Origin: Candidatus Parcubacteria bacterium
Lineage (GTDB): Bacteria; Patescibacteriota; Minisyncoccia; Minisyncoccales; JAGMAB01
Direction: 5' to 3'
DNA length: 64,000 nt
Assembly (NCBI GenBank): GCA_023131055.1
Contig: JAGMAB010000001.1
Coordinates: forward strand, 1,486 to 65,485
In this document: in pieces, positions 1 through 9,113 of the stretch
Position numbering within the stretch: the stretch's first letter is position 1
How the letters are laid out: each line of letters opens with the position of its first letter
Translations under genes and position numbers: made by a program
Notes under the pieces: model-generated
Told to the model about the DNA's origin: nothing
The model's database searches: none
The model's input: the letters and a program-made list of their open reading frames with translations, nothing else

Positions 1-155
1 CCAGAGCTATTAGAAATTTGGTTCGCATTGTCGGTCTTAAAAATCACGCTCGCGTGAATTTGAAGATTGAGGAACCTGAAGGCGGTAGAACTGCTCCTGT
101 TAGGGAAGAAAAAGCTCCTGCGGGAGAAAAAGGAATTGAAGATTTGAAACTGTAA
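1..155 (+). CDS. 3' end of a small KH-domain RNA-binding protein (YlqC-like), partial
   Basis: Frame ending at TAA 153-155 reads ...RAIRNLVRIVGLKNHARVNLKIEEPEGG.... This resembles the C-terminus of KH proteins that often precede trmD. A hairpin plus T-run follows at about 178-213. Confidence 0.45.
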   Translation, partial: RAIRNLVRIVGLKNHARVNLKIEEPEGGRTAPVREEKAPAGEKGIEDLKL

Positions 156-213
156 AAAAAACAGTTTACGAACTCAAAAAACAGTGTTAACATTTGGTTA
201 ACGCTGTTTTTGT

Positions 214-924
214 ATGAAATTTGACATAATCACAATATTTCCAGAGATTTTTGATTCTTATTTAAAAGAGAGCTTGATTTCTCGCGCGCGGAAAAAGAAA
301 TTGCTTAAGATTAATATCTATAATTTAAGAAAATATACAAAAGACGCGCACAAAACTGTTGATGACAGGCCTTTTGGCGGGGGATTGGGAATGGTATTCA
401 AAGTAGAACCGATATTTAAGGCGGTTACCGCCTTAAAGCGAAAAGCGAAAAGCGAAAAGCGAAAAACAAAAATTATTCTTTTTACGCCGCGGGGAAAACA
501 ATTTAATCAAAAAATGGCGTATCAATTTTCTAAATTAGACCATTTGATTATGATTTGCGGCAGATATGAAGGAGTGGACGAGAGAGTGGCGAAACATATT
601 GCTGACATAGAATTGTCAATCGGACCTTATGATTTAATGGGCGGAGAATTGCCGGCAATGGTGGTAATTGAAACAATGGCTCGTTTAATTCCAGGTATTA
701 TTGGCAAACCGGAATTATTAAAGCAGAGAATTCCAATTAAGCGCGGCAGGCAGGGCAGGGGATTTATTGAATATCCGCAATACACTCGCCCGCCAAAATT
801 TTTTGTTAAAAAACTTAGGCGGGCAAGACCAGAAGTTTGGCAAGTGCCAAAAGTTTTATTGTCAGGCAATCACAAAAAAATACAGGAGTGGCGTCAAAAA
901 CATCAAAAAATCATTGAAAAATGA
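214..924 (+). CDS. trmD: tRNA (guanine37-N1)-methyltransferase
   Basis: 236-aa ORF with MKFDIITIFPEIF, DDRPFGGGLGMV and CGRYEGVDERV motifs typical of TrmD. Ends in TGA. Confidence 0.95.
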   Translation: MKFDIITIFPEIFDSYLKESLISRARKKKLLKINIYNLRKYTKDAHKTVDDRPFGGGLGMVFKVEPIFKAVTALKRKAKSEKRKTKIILFTPRGKQFNQKMAYQFSKLDHLIMICGRYEGVDERVAKHIADIELSIGPYDLMGGELPAMVVIETMARLIPGIIGKPELLKQRIPIKRGRQGRGFIEYPQYTRPPKFFVKKLRRARPEVWQVPKVLLSGNHKKIQEWRQKHQKIIEK

Positions 925-952
925 AAAAAATTGTGCTAAACTATAAAAGATT

Positions 953-1035
953 GGGTAGGTACCTAAGCGGCCAACAGGACGTGGCTGTAAACCACGTAGC
1001 TTCGGCTTTCGGGGGTTCGAATCCCTCCCTGCCCA
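953..1035 (+). tRNA. tRNA-Tyr (anticodon GTA), long variable arm
   Basis: Hand-folded cloverleaf: acceptor GGGTAGG/CCTGCCC, anticodon stem CGTGG/CCACG with loop CTGTAAA, variable arm AGC-TTCG-GCT, T-loop TTCGAAT. No encoded CCA. Confidence 0.85.
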
Positions 1036-1042
1036 CAAAAAT

Positions 1043-1116
1043 GCCAGGATAGCTCAGACGGTTAGAGCACGGCATTGGTAATGCCGAGGCCAGCGGTTCA
1101 ACTCCGCTTCCTGGCT
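1043..1116 (+). tRNA. tRNA-Thr (anticodon GGT)
   Basis: Acceptor GCCAGGA/TCCTGGC, D-arm GCTC..GAGC, anticodon stem CGGCA/TGCCG with loop TTGGTAA, T-arm AGCGG-TTCAACT-CCGCT. Confidence 0.9.
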
Positions 1117-1119
1117 CAT

Positions 1120-1686
1120 ATGAAAAATAAAAAGGAAATCAAAAACATCACTAATTTTTTGTTTGAGGTCGGCAGTTTGAAAAGAATAATCAGAAGCGGT
1201 TATCAGACATTGGGTTCTGGTGGAGAAACAATTGCCGAGCATACTTTTTGCTGCGCCGTGATTGGTTATTCTTTAGCGAAAATGGAAAAAGCCGATGAAA
1301 ATAAAGTATTAAAAATGTGTCTTTTTCACGACCTTTTGGAAACCAGAACCGGCGACTTAAATCTTGTAAATAAACAATATAATAAAGCATTTGAAGAAAA
1401 AGCCAGAAAAGACCAATGTCAGAACCTGCCTTTTGGAAAAGAAATGCTAAAATTGCTTTCTGAATATGAAAAAAGAAAAACCAAAGAAGCGATTTTAGCC
1501 AAAGATGCTGATTTTTTAGAAGAGATGTGTCAACAAAAAGAACATTATGAAACTGGCAATTCCCGAGCGTTAGAATGGATGGAATATACAAAAAAGAGGT
1601 TAAAAACAAAAATAGCAAAACAAATCGCCGAACAAATTATAAAAAATAAAGTCAAAGATTGGTGGTGGAATTTAGTAGTTAAATGA
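1120..1686 (+). CDS. HD-domain phosphohydrolase (YfbR-like)
   Basis: Start moved to ATG 1120 (MKNKKEIK...) because the longer ORF overlaps tRNA-Thr. H...HD...D pattern present (AEHTF, LFHDLLETRTGDL, AKDADFLE). Confidence 0.75.
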   Translation: MKNKKEIKNITNFLFEVGSLKRIIRSGYQTLGSGGETIAEHTFCCAVIGYSLAKMEKADENKVLKMCLFHDLLETRTGDLNLVNKQYNKAFEEKARKDQCQNLPFGKEMLKLLSEYEKRKTKEAILAKDADFLEEMCQQKEHYETGNSRALEWMEYTKKRLKTKIAKQIAEQIIKNKVKDWWWNLVVK

Positions 1687-1699
1687 ATCAATTAAAAAT

Positions 1700-1861
1700 A
1701 TGGCAAAAAAGAAACCGTTTATAAAACTTCAATGTAAGGAATGCAAAAGAATAAATTATTTTATCCATAAATCAAAAAAAATGGTTGAGGAAAAGTTAGA
1801 ATTGAAAAAATTCTGCAAGTGGTGCAGAAAGCATACTTTACACAAAGAAATGAAGAAGTAA
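1700..1861 (+). CDS. rpmG: 50S ribosomal protein L33
   Basis: 53-aa ORF absent from the supplied track (too short): MAKKKPFIKLQCKECKRINYFIHKSKKMVEEKLELKKFCKWCRKHTLHKEMKK. Has the CxxC...CxxC zinc-type L33 pattern. Confidence 0.85.
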   Translation: MAKKKPFIKLQCKECKRINYFIHKSKKMVEEKLELKKFCKWCRKHTLHKEMKK

Positions 1862-1862
1862 T

Positions 1863-2213
1863 ATGGAGATAAAAATTATCAAAGATTCAATAAGTAAAAA
1901 AGAGATTATTGATATTGCTAAAAAACAATTTGGTGATTTGGTAAAAGCAGTAGTTGATGTAGAGCAGGAAATAATAGCTATAGGCGGTGAAATGCACGCT
2001 GATGAAGAAGTGGCGTTAATGGAACAGGAAGGGTCAAAACGAGAACACACTTGGGGTATAAATATATATCCTGAAAAAGCAGATGAAGAAAGAATTGAGT
2101 TTGATTCAATAATTAATATTAAACCTTTTTGTAATAATCGCTCACGAAATGTAGAAAATCTGGAAATAAAGGAGAAAATTAAGATTATTATAAATAAATT
2201 AGTTGTTGAGTGA
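1863..2213 (+). CDS. hypothetical protein (small, acidic)
   Basis: 116-aa ORF tightly packed after rpmG. No motif I can assign. Confidence 0.55.
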   Translation: MEIKIIKDSISKKEIIDIAKKQFGDLVKAVVDVEQEIIAIGGEMHADEEVALMEQEGSKREHTWGINIYPEKADEERIEFDSIINIKPFCNNRSRNVENLEIKEKIKIIINKLVVE

Positions 2214-2217
2214 AAAT

Positions 2218-2541
2218 ATGAAACCTATTCATAAAGAATTAGCTGAAGGAAGATGGTTTCAGCTTTCACTCTGTGAGCAGCTTGGAAATATCGGAAGTGA
2301 GGTGGGTCGGGCGCAACGATGGTTTAATAAAGATGAAAAACTTTATCAGGGCGCGGTTGAGCGAACGCTTGAGCTTTTTGATTTGACGCTTGCTGATTCG
2401 CGTTGGAAAGGGCGTTTAAGAGAGATTGGCCGTTTGAGAGAAGTATTTTGCGACGCTATTACTGGTGGTAAAGAATATAAAAGCACGCTCAAAGGCATAG
2501 AACGATATTTGTTTCCTTTTGCGTTTCTTTCGCGGCGCTAA
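2218..2541 (+). CDS. hypothetical protein
   Basis: ATG 2218 (MKPIHKELAEGRW...) lies just after the upstream TGA. The ORF-track start at 2203 is a TTG. Confidence 0.5.
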   Translation: MKPIHKELAEGRWFQLSLCEQLGNIGSEVGRAQRWFNKDEKLYQGAVERTLELFDLTLADSRWKGRLREIGRLREVFCDAITGGKEYKSTLKGIERYLFPFAFLSRR

Positions 2542-2561
2542 ATTAATAAGTGATAAATTTG

Positions 2562-2633
2562 GGGGACGTGGTGAAATGGCTATCATGAGAATCTCCAAAA
2601 TTCTTGTTCTAGGTTCGAATCCTAGCGTCCCCG
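2562..2633 (+). tRNA. tRNA-Trp (anticodon CCA)
   Basis: Acceptor GGGGACG/CGTCCCC, anticodon stem AGAAT/ATTCT with loop CTCCAAA, T-arm CTAGG-TTCGAAT-CCTAG. Confidence 0.85.
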
Positions 2634-2685
2634 CATTTGCCTAATTACGGATTACACACACAAATTACAAAAATTAATAAAATTT

Positions 2686-3207
2686 ATGGAAAAAGAAAAA
2701 ACTGAAAAATTAAAACATTCAGCAAACATTTTTTCATGGAGAATAAACGAGACAGAATTAAATTATCAAGTAGATAATTATTCTAAACTCAAAATAACCG
2801 AATCGTATCGTGGAATTTCAGTTTTGATTACCACTGCCTTATTAGGTATTTCGATATTGCTTGCCCTCTTTAATTTATATCCTTTAGAAGAAATTTTATA
2901 TGGGCTTATTATTTATGTTCCAATACTTTTATTTGTTTATAAAGGTCATCGCTGGGCTATAGTAGCTCTAATGATATTGTGGACATTTGAAAAAGGATAT
3001 CAATTTATTGAGGTTGGCGGAATTATGCCACTTATTTGGTGGGTAATTATAACACCTTATTTTTATAGAGTATTAAAAGTTGAAAACAAACGACGGAAAT
3101 TACCAATGAATCAAAGTACAATTAGCGATCAATGTTTCTGTAGTCATTGCGGAGAAGTAATAAATACTGACGCAAAATTTTGTGCGAAGTGCGGCACTAA
3201 AATTTAA
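2686..3207 (+). CDS. multi-pass membrane protein with C-terminal zinc ribbon
   Basis: Hydrophobic segments followed by CSHCGEVINTDAKFCAKCG at the C-terminus. Confidence 0.6.
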   Translation: MEKEKTEKLKHSANIFSWRINETELNYQVDNYSKLKITESYRGISVLITTALLGISILLALFNLYPLEEILYGLIIYVPILLFVYKGHRWAIVALMILWTFEKGYQFIEVGGIMPLIWWVIITPYFYRVLKVENKRRKLPMNQSTISDQCFCSHCGEVINTDAKFCAKCGTKI

Positions 3208-3212
3208 GTAAT

Positions 3213-4073
3213 ATGCTTTGTAAAAATTGCGGAAAAAAATCAGAGGGTAATGAGAAGTTTTGTACCAGTTGTGGTGCTTCTTTTTCAGATATTATTATCA
3301 ACGAAGAAAAATCTTCTAATGTTGGAGGGATTATTACGATTCTTATAATTCTTGCGGTTATTGGTTTTGGTATTTACGGTTCGTTAGACGAGGAATCTAT
3401 AGAGACAAATAATCAAGGTATATCGAGTTTCGATGCTGGTGATAGCGAGCAGGCAATTCAACAGTTTCAACGTGCTTCTATCGAAGCTGTCGGAGACGAT
3501 ACAAAAATGAATACGCTAATAAATCTTGGTTATGTGTATTCAAGCGAGTTACAATATCAACAGGCACTGCAGTCCTTTAGAGAAGCACTTACTTATGCAA
3601 ATAAAGAATCGTTTGAATATTTTTTAATTTCCGGGGAGATAGCATTACTTGAATGGAAACCCAATGCGGCAAAAATTAGTTATAATAAAGCGTACATGTT
3701 ACGCCCCAATGATTTTCAGATAAATAATGCACTTAATTTGTTTTATCTTGATGACGAGGTATCTCCGTACTATGTTGATTATTCAAAAGCCCTTCAGTAT
3801 GCGCAAAAAGCGTATGATGTTAGTGGGGCAGATGTAAAAAATATAGCGAAAGAAAATCTTGCCATAGCCCATTTTTTTAATGAAAATTATGACCAATCTA
3901 TATTATTACTCTCTTCATTCGATGTAGATACAAAACCTTATATTGCATATTGGCTCGGTTGGGCATATGCTTCCAAAGAAGACGAGGTCAAGGCAAAATT
4001 TTATTTTCAAAAAGCTGTAGATGCTGGGGTAGAGGTAGAACAAGAAGTTTATGATTATCTATATCTTTATTAA
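3213..4073 (+). CDS. zinc-ribbon / single-TM / TPR-like repeat protein
   Basis: N-terminal CKNCG...FCTSCG, TM helix IITILIILAVIGFGIYG, and a repetitive helical (TPR-like) C-terminal part. Confidence 0.6.
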   Translation: MLCKNCGKKSEGNEKFCTSCGASFSDIIINEEKSSNVGGIITILIILAVIGFGIYGSLDEESIETNNQGISSFDAGDSEQAIQQFQRASIEAVGDDTKMNTLINLGYVYSSELQYQQALQSFREALTYANKESFEYFLISGEIALLEWKPNAAKISYNKAYMLRPNDFQINNALNLFYLDDEVSPYYVDYSKALQYAQKAYDVSGADVKNIAKENLAIAHFFNENYDQSILLLSSFDVDTKPYIAYWLGWAYASKEDEVKAKFYFQKAVDAGVEVEQEVYDYLYLY

Positions 4074-4075
4074 AT

Positions 4076-4948
4076 ATGTTTTGTGTAAATTGCGGAAGCG
4101 AAATAAAAAAAGGTTCAAAATTTTGTACTAAATGCGGCAATAAATTTGAGCAAGTTCAACAAGCGGAAGTGAAGAAAAAGTTTTTTGATATCAAAAAACT
4201 TTTTCTTACTATTATCGTTGTTGGTGTTATATCTACTGGATTTTTTTTCTATTATCAAAATTCTTTCTCAGAAAAAATTGATTACGATATTGCTTCTGTA
4301 GTTGTAAATATTTATTGCGAAGGAAAAACAGAAGAAGAATCCTCGGGAGGTTCGGGAATAATTTTTTCTGAAGACGGATTAATATTAACAAATGCTCATA
4401 TTATCCCCGAAAGTGCAAGAAATGATATTTATATTGATGAAACTATTTGTCTTGTTACTTTACCTGACCCAGACACTGGTTCTCCGAATGAAATTTATTA
4501 CGCTTATCCAATTTTTGCCGAAGGATTAAGCGATGAATATGATCTTGTCTTTATGTAAATTCACGATGTGTTTTATGATCACGAAGAGGGTAAGGCGTAT
4601 GGAGAATATCCAAAAAAATTTCCAATGTATGCCAATAAAAAGCAGTGCAGTGATGATGATATAAAACTTGGCGAGCCAGTAAGGGTTTATGGATACCCTG
4701 CGATTACTGGCGGATATGCACTTACAATAACGGACGGCGTAGTGAGTAGTTTACTGATTGATGAAGGTTTAATAATCACTTCGGCAAAAATTAGTTACGG
4801 TAATTCTGGTGGATTGGCTGTAGATCAAAATGGTTGTATGATTGGCATACCGTCAATGATAATTGGGGACGAAAACGAAAGTTTTGGAGTTATAATCTCA
4901 AATGATATCATCAACGAATTTATTGCGAGATTAGAGTTATTGAAATAA
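4076..4948 (+). pseudogene. zinc-ribbon / TM / trypsin-like (S1, HtrA-type) serine protease interrupted by one in-frame TAA
   Basis: ORFs 4076-4558 and 4568-4948 share one frame, separated only by TAA 4556-4558. His motif LTNAHI and Asp motif YDLVFM lie upstream of the stop, Ser motif GNSGG lies downstream. Confidence 0.7.
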
Positions 4949-5026
4949 TAGATACTATCTCACTTTCCGAAAAAAGAATAACTTGGCAAAAAGAAAAGAG
5001 GGTGTAAAAAAACAGACTAGCGAAAG

Positions 5027-5074
5027 CAGGGGATAGCCCCTTGTTTTTTGTTGAAATGCGAAATGATTGAAAAA
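5027..5074 (+). repeat. copy 1 of a 48-nt intergenic repeat (hairpin + T-run + conserved 26-mer)
   Basis: CAGGGGATAGCCCCTTGTTTTTTGTTGAAATGCGAAATGATTGAAAA is nearly identical to 55359-55406. Confidence 0.85.
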
Positions 5075-5250
5075 AAAACAAGAAATAATTAGTAATAAGG
5101 TGGGGTAAAAAATTTGCCATTTTTCTTTTTAATGTGTAAAATAAATTTATGACTAATGAAATAACACCATTTTGCTAAAATCAGCAAAATGGTCAAAATT
5201 GGCTCAAATACGATTAGAAAACATAAAGAAGAAAATTAAAGAAGCTTAAT

Positions 5251-6798
5251 ATGAATAAAGTAGTTTTAATATCTGTAATTATTGGCGTATTGATATTTGG
5301 TGTTTATCAGGGTTTTCTTAAAAAAGAAGAACCGAGTTTTGATTTGGTTGAAGTAATACAAGGAGAGCTTTTCCAAGAAATTTCCGAAACAGGAATGGTT
5401 AAAAAAGGAAATGGCTTGGAACTTGGTTTCAAAAATTCGGGCAGGCTTGAAAAAATATATGTTGAAGTTGGCGATGAAGTTAAATCAGGACAATATATTG
5501 CAAAAATAGAAACAAGCCAATTACAAATTCAGGTTCAGGAAGCAAAGGCAAATTTAACTATTTTTCAATCAAAATTAAACAAATTATTAGCAGGCGCCAG
5601 CCAGGAAGAAATTCAAATTACTGAAACCAAAATTGCTATTGCTGAAATTTCTTTTGCCAATGCCGAGCAAAACTTAAAAGATGTTCAGGCAGATGCTGAG
5701 CAAGACCTAAAAAGCGCTAATGAAGACGCTTTGAATGTTTTAGACGATTGTTACTTAAAATCATATAACGCTTTTAATTCAGTTGATTTAATTCAAAGGA
5801 CATATTTTAGCGGAAATGACCAGGATAGCATTAATGTTAAAGAAAACAAAAATAAAATTGAACAAGCTGTTAAAGCAGATACAGATCTCTCGCAAATGGA
5901 AAATAATTTAGAAATTATTTCTGATGCATTAAAAATTATCAGAGAGATTTGCGAAGAGCCAAGTTATCGCAGTATAGTTTCCTCAACAGATAAGACATCT
6001 TTAGATAATCAAAGAACTTATATCAGCACAGGTTTGACCAACATTACTGATACTCAACAAACTATTTCCTCAACTATTACAACTAATGAATCTTTGCTTA
6101 ACACTGCTCAAGCGCAGGTTTCTTCAGCTGAAGGCAGTCTTCAGACATCTCAAGACGAACAAGCCCTGTTGATAGCTTCGCCAAGAGAGCAAGACATTGA
6201 TTTATACCAAGCCCAGGTAAAACAGGCGCAAGCCAAAGTTAATCTTTTAGAAAATCAAATTGCCGAGGCGATTCTTAAAAGCCCTATTAAAGGACAAATT
6301 ACCAAAGTAAACAAAAAACCGGGCGAATTGGTTCAATTAACAGATATTGTTCTTATACTTTTGCCTTCGGTTCCGTTTGAAATAGAAACAGATATTTATG
6401 AAGAAGATGTTGTGAAAATAAACATTGGAAATCCAGTAGATATTTCTTTAATCGCTTTTCCTAATAAAATTTTCACAGGTAAAGTTATATCCATTGATCC
6501 GGCTGAAAAACTGGTTGAAGGAGTAGTTTATTACAGAATAATTATTGCTTTTGAGGAAATACCAGAAGGAGTTAAACCGGGAATGACAGCTGATTTAATT
6601 ATTAAAACAGCTAAAAAAGAAAATGTTTTAATGATTGATGAAGAAGCAATTCAGAAAAAAGATGATAAAGTTTTTGTTGAAGTTTTAAAAGATGGGGAAA
6701 TTGAAGAAAGAGAAATAGAAACAGGCCTTTTAGGCAGTGATGATATGCTTGAGATTATTTCAGGACTTATAATAGGAGAAAAAGTAATTTTAAGATGA
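5251..6798 (+). CDS. HlyD/MacA-family periplasmic adaptor (membrane fusion protein)
   Basis: N-terminal TM, biotinyl-lipoyl-like motif (VEVGDEVKSGQYIAKIE), long coiled-coil, beta-barrel C-terminus. First gene of a three-gene operon with ABC ATPase and permease. Confidence 0.8.
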   Translation: MNKVVLISVIIGVLIFGVYQGFLKKEEPSFDLVEVIQGELFQEISETGMVKKGNGLELGFKNSGRLEKIYVEVGDEVKSGQYIAKIETSQLQIQVQEAKANLTIFQSKLNKLLAGASQEEIQITETKIAIAEISFANAEQNLKDVQADAEQDLKSANEDALNVLDDCYLKSYNAFNSVDLIQRTYFSGNDQDSINVKENKNKIEQAVKADTDLSQMENNLEIISDALKIIREICEEPSYRSIVSSTDKTSLDNQRTYISTGLTNITDTQQTISSTITTNESLLNTAQAQVSSAEGSLQTSQDEQALLIASPREQDIDLYQAQVKQAQAKVNLLENQIAEAILKSPIKGQITKVNKKPGELVQLTDIVLILLPSVPFEIETDIYEEDVVKINIGNPVDISLIAFPNKIFTGKVISIDPAEKLVEGVVYYRIIIAFEEIPEGVKPGMTADLIIKTAKKENVLMIDEEAIQKKDDKVFVEVLKDGEIEEREIETGLLGSDDMLEIISGLIIGEKVILR

Positions 6799-7511
6799 AT
6801 CCAGAGCCAATCATTAAATTAGAAAATGTCTGGAAGATTTATCAGTTGGGAAAGACAGAATTGGTCGCGCTAAAAGGATTAAGCCTGGAAATTAATCCAG
6901 GCGCTTTTGTGGCAGTTATGGGAGCTTCCGGGTCAGGGAAATCCACTCTTTTGAATATGATTGGGTGTTTAGATGTTCCGACAAAAGGAAAAGTTTATTT
7001 GAAAGGAAAAGATATTGCAAAAATGACGGAAAGTGAACTTGCCCAGTTTAGGGGAAAAGTATTGGGCTTTGTTTTTCAGGAGTTTAATTTGATTTCTCAT
7101 ATTAACTGTTTAGAAAATGTGATGTTTCCTATGATTTTTCAAGGTGTCCCGCCTCTAAAAAGAAAAGAAAAAGCGCAAGAAATTTTAAAAATGGTTGGCT
7201 TGGAAAATAGAATGGTTCACCAGCCAATGGAACTTTCCGGCGGCGAAAGGCAAAGAGTGGCGCTGGCAAGGGCATTTGCCAATAATCCGGAAGTGATTAT
7301 AGCTGATGAACCTACCGGAAATCTTGATTCAACCACCGGAAAAATGATAATGGAATTATTAAAAGATTTTCATATAAAACAAGGTAAGACAATGATTATT
7401 GTTACTCATGATCCGAATATCGCAAATTACGCCGAAGAAATAGTAAATATTAAAGACGGACAAATAGTTAAGAATCATTTAACTATGAAGAAAGTTTTAT
7501 GGAGCAAATAG
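6795..7511 (+). CDS. ABC transporter ATP-binding protein (MacB/LolD type)
   Basis: Walker A GASGSGKST, signature LSGGERQR, Walker B IIADEPTGNLD. 4-nt overlap with the upstream gene. Confidence 0.9.
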   Translation: MNPEPIIKLENVWKIYQLGKTELVALKGLSLEINPGAFVAVMGASGSGKSTLLNMIGCLDVPTKGKVYLKGKDIAKMTESELAQFRGKVLGFVFQEFNLISHINCLENVMFPMIFQGVPPLKRKEKAQEILKMVGLENRMVHQPMELSGGERQRVALARAFANNPEVIIADEPTGNLDSTTGKMIMELLKDFHIKQGKTMIIVTHDPNIANYAEEIVNIKDGQIVKNHLTMKKVLWSK

Positions 7512-8728
7512 AAGAATACTTTAAAATCGCGTTAAGAAATATACGAACCAGACGATTAAGAAGTTTATTAACTGTTTTAGGAATTATTATTGGCGTGTTT
7601 TTGATAATTTCTTTGCTTTCTTTAAGCGAAGGATTAAAAACAACAATTAACCAGCAATTACAGTCAATGGGCGGAGAAATGGTTATGGTAATGCCCGGAG
7701 GCGAAGAAGATATTTTTACCAGTATGCTCTTTGGCGGCGAAAAACTGCAAAAACAAGATATTGAAGCAATTAAAAAAGCAAAAGGCGTAGATAAAGTTTT
7801 AGGATTTTCTTATACCGGGACAGTAGCCAGATATAAAGACGAATCAAAACAAATCGCTATGTGCGGTTACGACCCCTGGAAAGAAAGTTTAGATGTTTTG
7901 AGTATTTTTCAGGGTTGGAGTTTGTCTGAAGGAAGATGGCCAAGCAAGGGAAATCAGATTTTAATCGGCCAATATATAGCTAATGAAATTTTTTCAAAAA
8001 AGATAAAAGCCGGTTCAGAAATGGTAATAAAAGGAAAAAAGTTTGAGGTGGCGGGAATATTAAATTCCTTGGGAAATAAGCAGGATGACAGCATGATTTA
8101 TATGGATATGAAGGTATATCAGAATTTAACCGGAGAAAAACAAGGGACTGCCGCATACGCGATAGTTAAACTTGAACAAGGAGCAGACGAAAATGTGGTA
8201 AAAACAGCGATTGAAGACAGTCTTGAAAAGACAAGAAAAAGAAGAGCCGGGACAGATGTTGCTGATTTTTCCGTTATTACCTCAGAAAAAATGGGAGAGA
8301 TGGTGGATACTATTTTAGGCATAATTCAGGTTGTTATTATTGGATTTGCCAGCATTGCCATTGTCGTGGGCGGTATTGGAATTACAAATAGTATGTTCAC
8401 TTCGGTCAGGGAAAGAACTAAAGAAATAGGAATTATGAAAGCGATAGGAGCCAAAAATTCAGCAATTCTTGCAATCTTTTTAATTGAATCAGGAATAGTG
8501 GGGATTTTTGGAGGCGTAGGCGGAGTATTATTTGGCAGTATTCTTGCTAAAGGAATTGATTATTATGGCCAGATTAATCCAACATTTTATTTTACAACAA
8601 CTATTTCTCCCTGGATGATTATTTTCGCTTTAGTTTTTTCTTTTTCTATAGGATGTTTAGCGGGATTTTTTCCTGCCAGGTCGGCGGCTAAACTCAAACC
8701 GGTAGAAGCATTAAGAAAATACGAGTAA
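7499..8728 (+). CDS. ABC transporter permease, MacB/FtsX-like
   Basis: N-terminal TM, large periplasmic domain, then a C-terminal three-TM FtsX-type domain (ERTKEIGIMKAIGA). Confidence 0.85.
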   Translation: MEQIEEYFKIALRNIRTRRLRSLLTVLGIIIGVFLIISLLSLSEGLKTTINQQLQSMGGEMVMVMPGGEEDIFTSMLFGGEKLQKQDIEAIKKAKGVDKVLGFSYTGTVARYKDESKQIAMCGYDPWKESLDVLSIFQGWSLSEGRWPSKGNQILIGQYIANEIFSKKIKAGSEMVIKGKKFEVAGILNSLGNKQDDSMIYMDMKVYQNLTGEKQGTAAYAIVKLEQGADENVVKTAIEDSLEKTRKRRAGTDVADFSVITSEKMGEMVDTILGIIQVVIIGFASIAIVVGGIGITNSMFTSVRERTKEIGIMKAIGAKNSAILAIFLIESGIVGIFGGVGGVLFGSILAKGIDYYGQINPTFYFTTTISPWMIIFALVFSFSIGCLAGFFPARSAAKLKPVEALRKYE

Positions 8729-8732
8729 AATT

Positions 8733-9056
8733 ATGTATTCATTAATTTTTTTAGCAGGATTTTGCGGCGGAGCAATCAGAGGATTGGTCGGCTTTATCAA
8801 ACACCAATATTCCTATAAAAATGTTGGTTTCAATCTGCCTTATTTTTTTGGAATGCTTTTTCTTTCAGGCACAGTCGGTGTCTTATGCGCGGCTTCCGTG
8901 AATGAATTAGGAATTGGTTTTTTGGACATAAGTTATTTTTCGCCGGCTTTAGCTTTTATTATCGGGTATGCCGGCGGTGATTTTATTGAAAATATCTATA
9001 AAATCATTGTCAAAAAATCGTCATTGTATCCGGAAAACAAAAAATTAACAAAATGA
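8733..9056 (+). CDS. small membrane protein
   Basis: 107-aa hydrophobic ORF ending the efflux operon. Confidence 0.45.
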   Translation: MYSLIFLAGFCGGAIRGLVGFIKHQYSYKNVGFNLPYFFGMLFLSGTVGVLCAASVNELGIGFLDISYFSPALAFIIGYAGGDFIENIYKIIVKKSSLYPENKKLTK

Positions 9057-9061
9057 AATCA

Positions 9062-9108
9062 GACAAAAACTTCAATACTGCGAAGTATAGAAGTTTTTGT
9101 CGGTTTTT
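9062..9108 (+). terminator. intrinsic terminator
   Basis: 12-bp stem GACAAAAACTTC / GAAGTTTTTGTC followed by a T-run at 9104-9108. Confidence 0.6.
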
Positions 9109-9113
9109 AAAAA

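Noticed and set aside
1075-1119. N-terminal 15 codons of the ORF-track entry 1075-1686
   Set aside because: This stretch lies inside tRNA-Thr (1043-1116). The in-frame ATG at 1120, immediately after the tRNA, gives a normal HD-domain N-terminus.
4556-4558. Programmed stop-codon readthrough or recoding at the TAA inside the protease gene
   Set aside because: There is no recoding context that I can recognise, and TAA is the normal stop for most genes here. A nonsense mutation or consensus error (AAA to TAA) is the simpler explanation.
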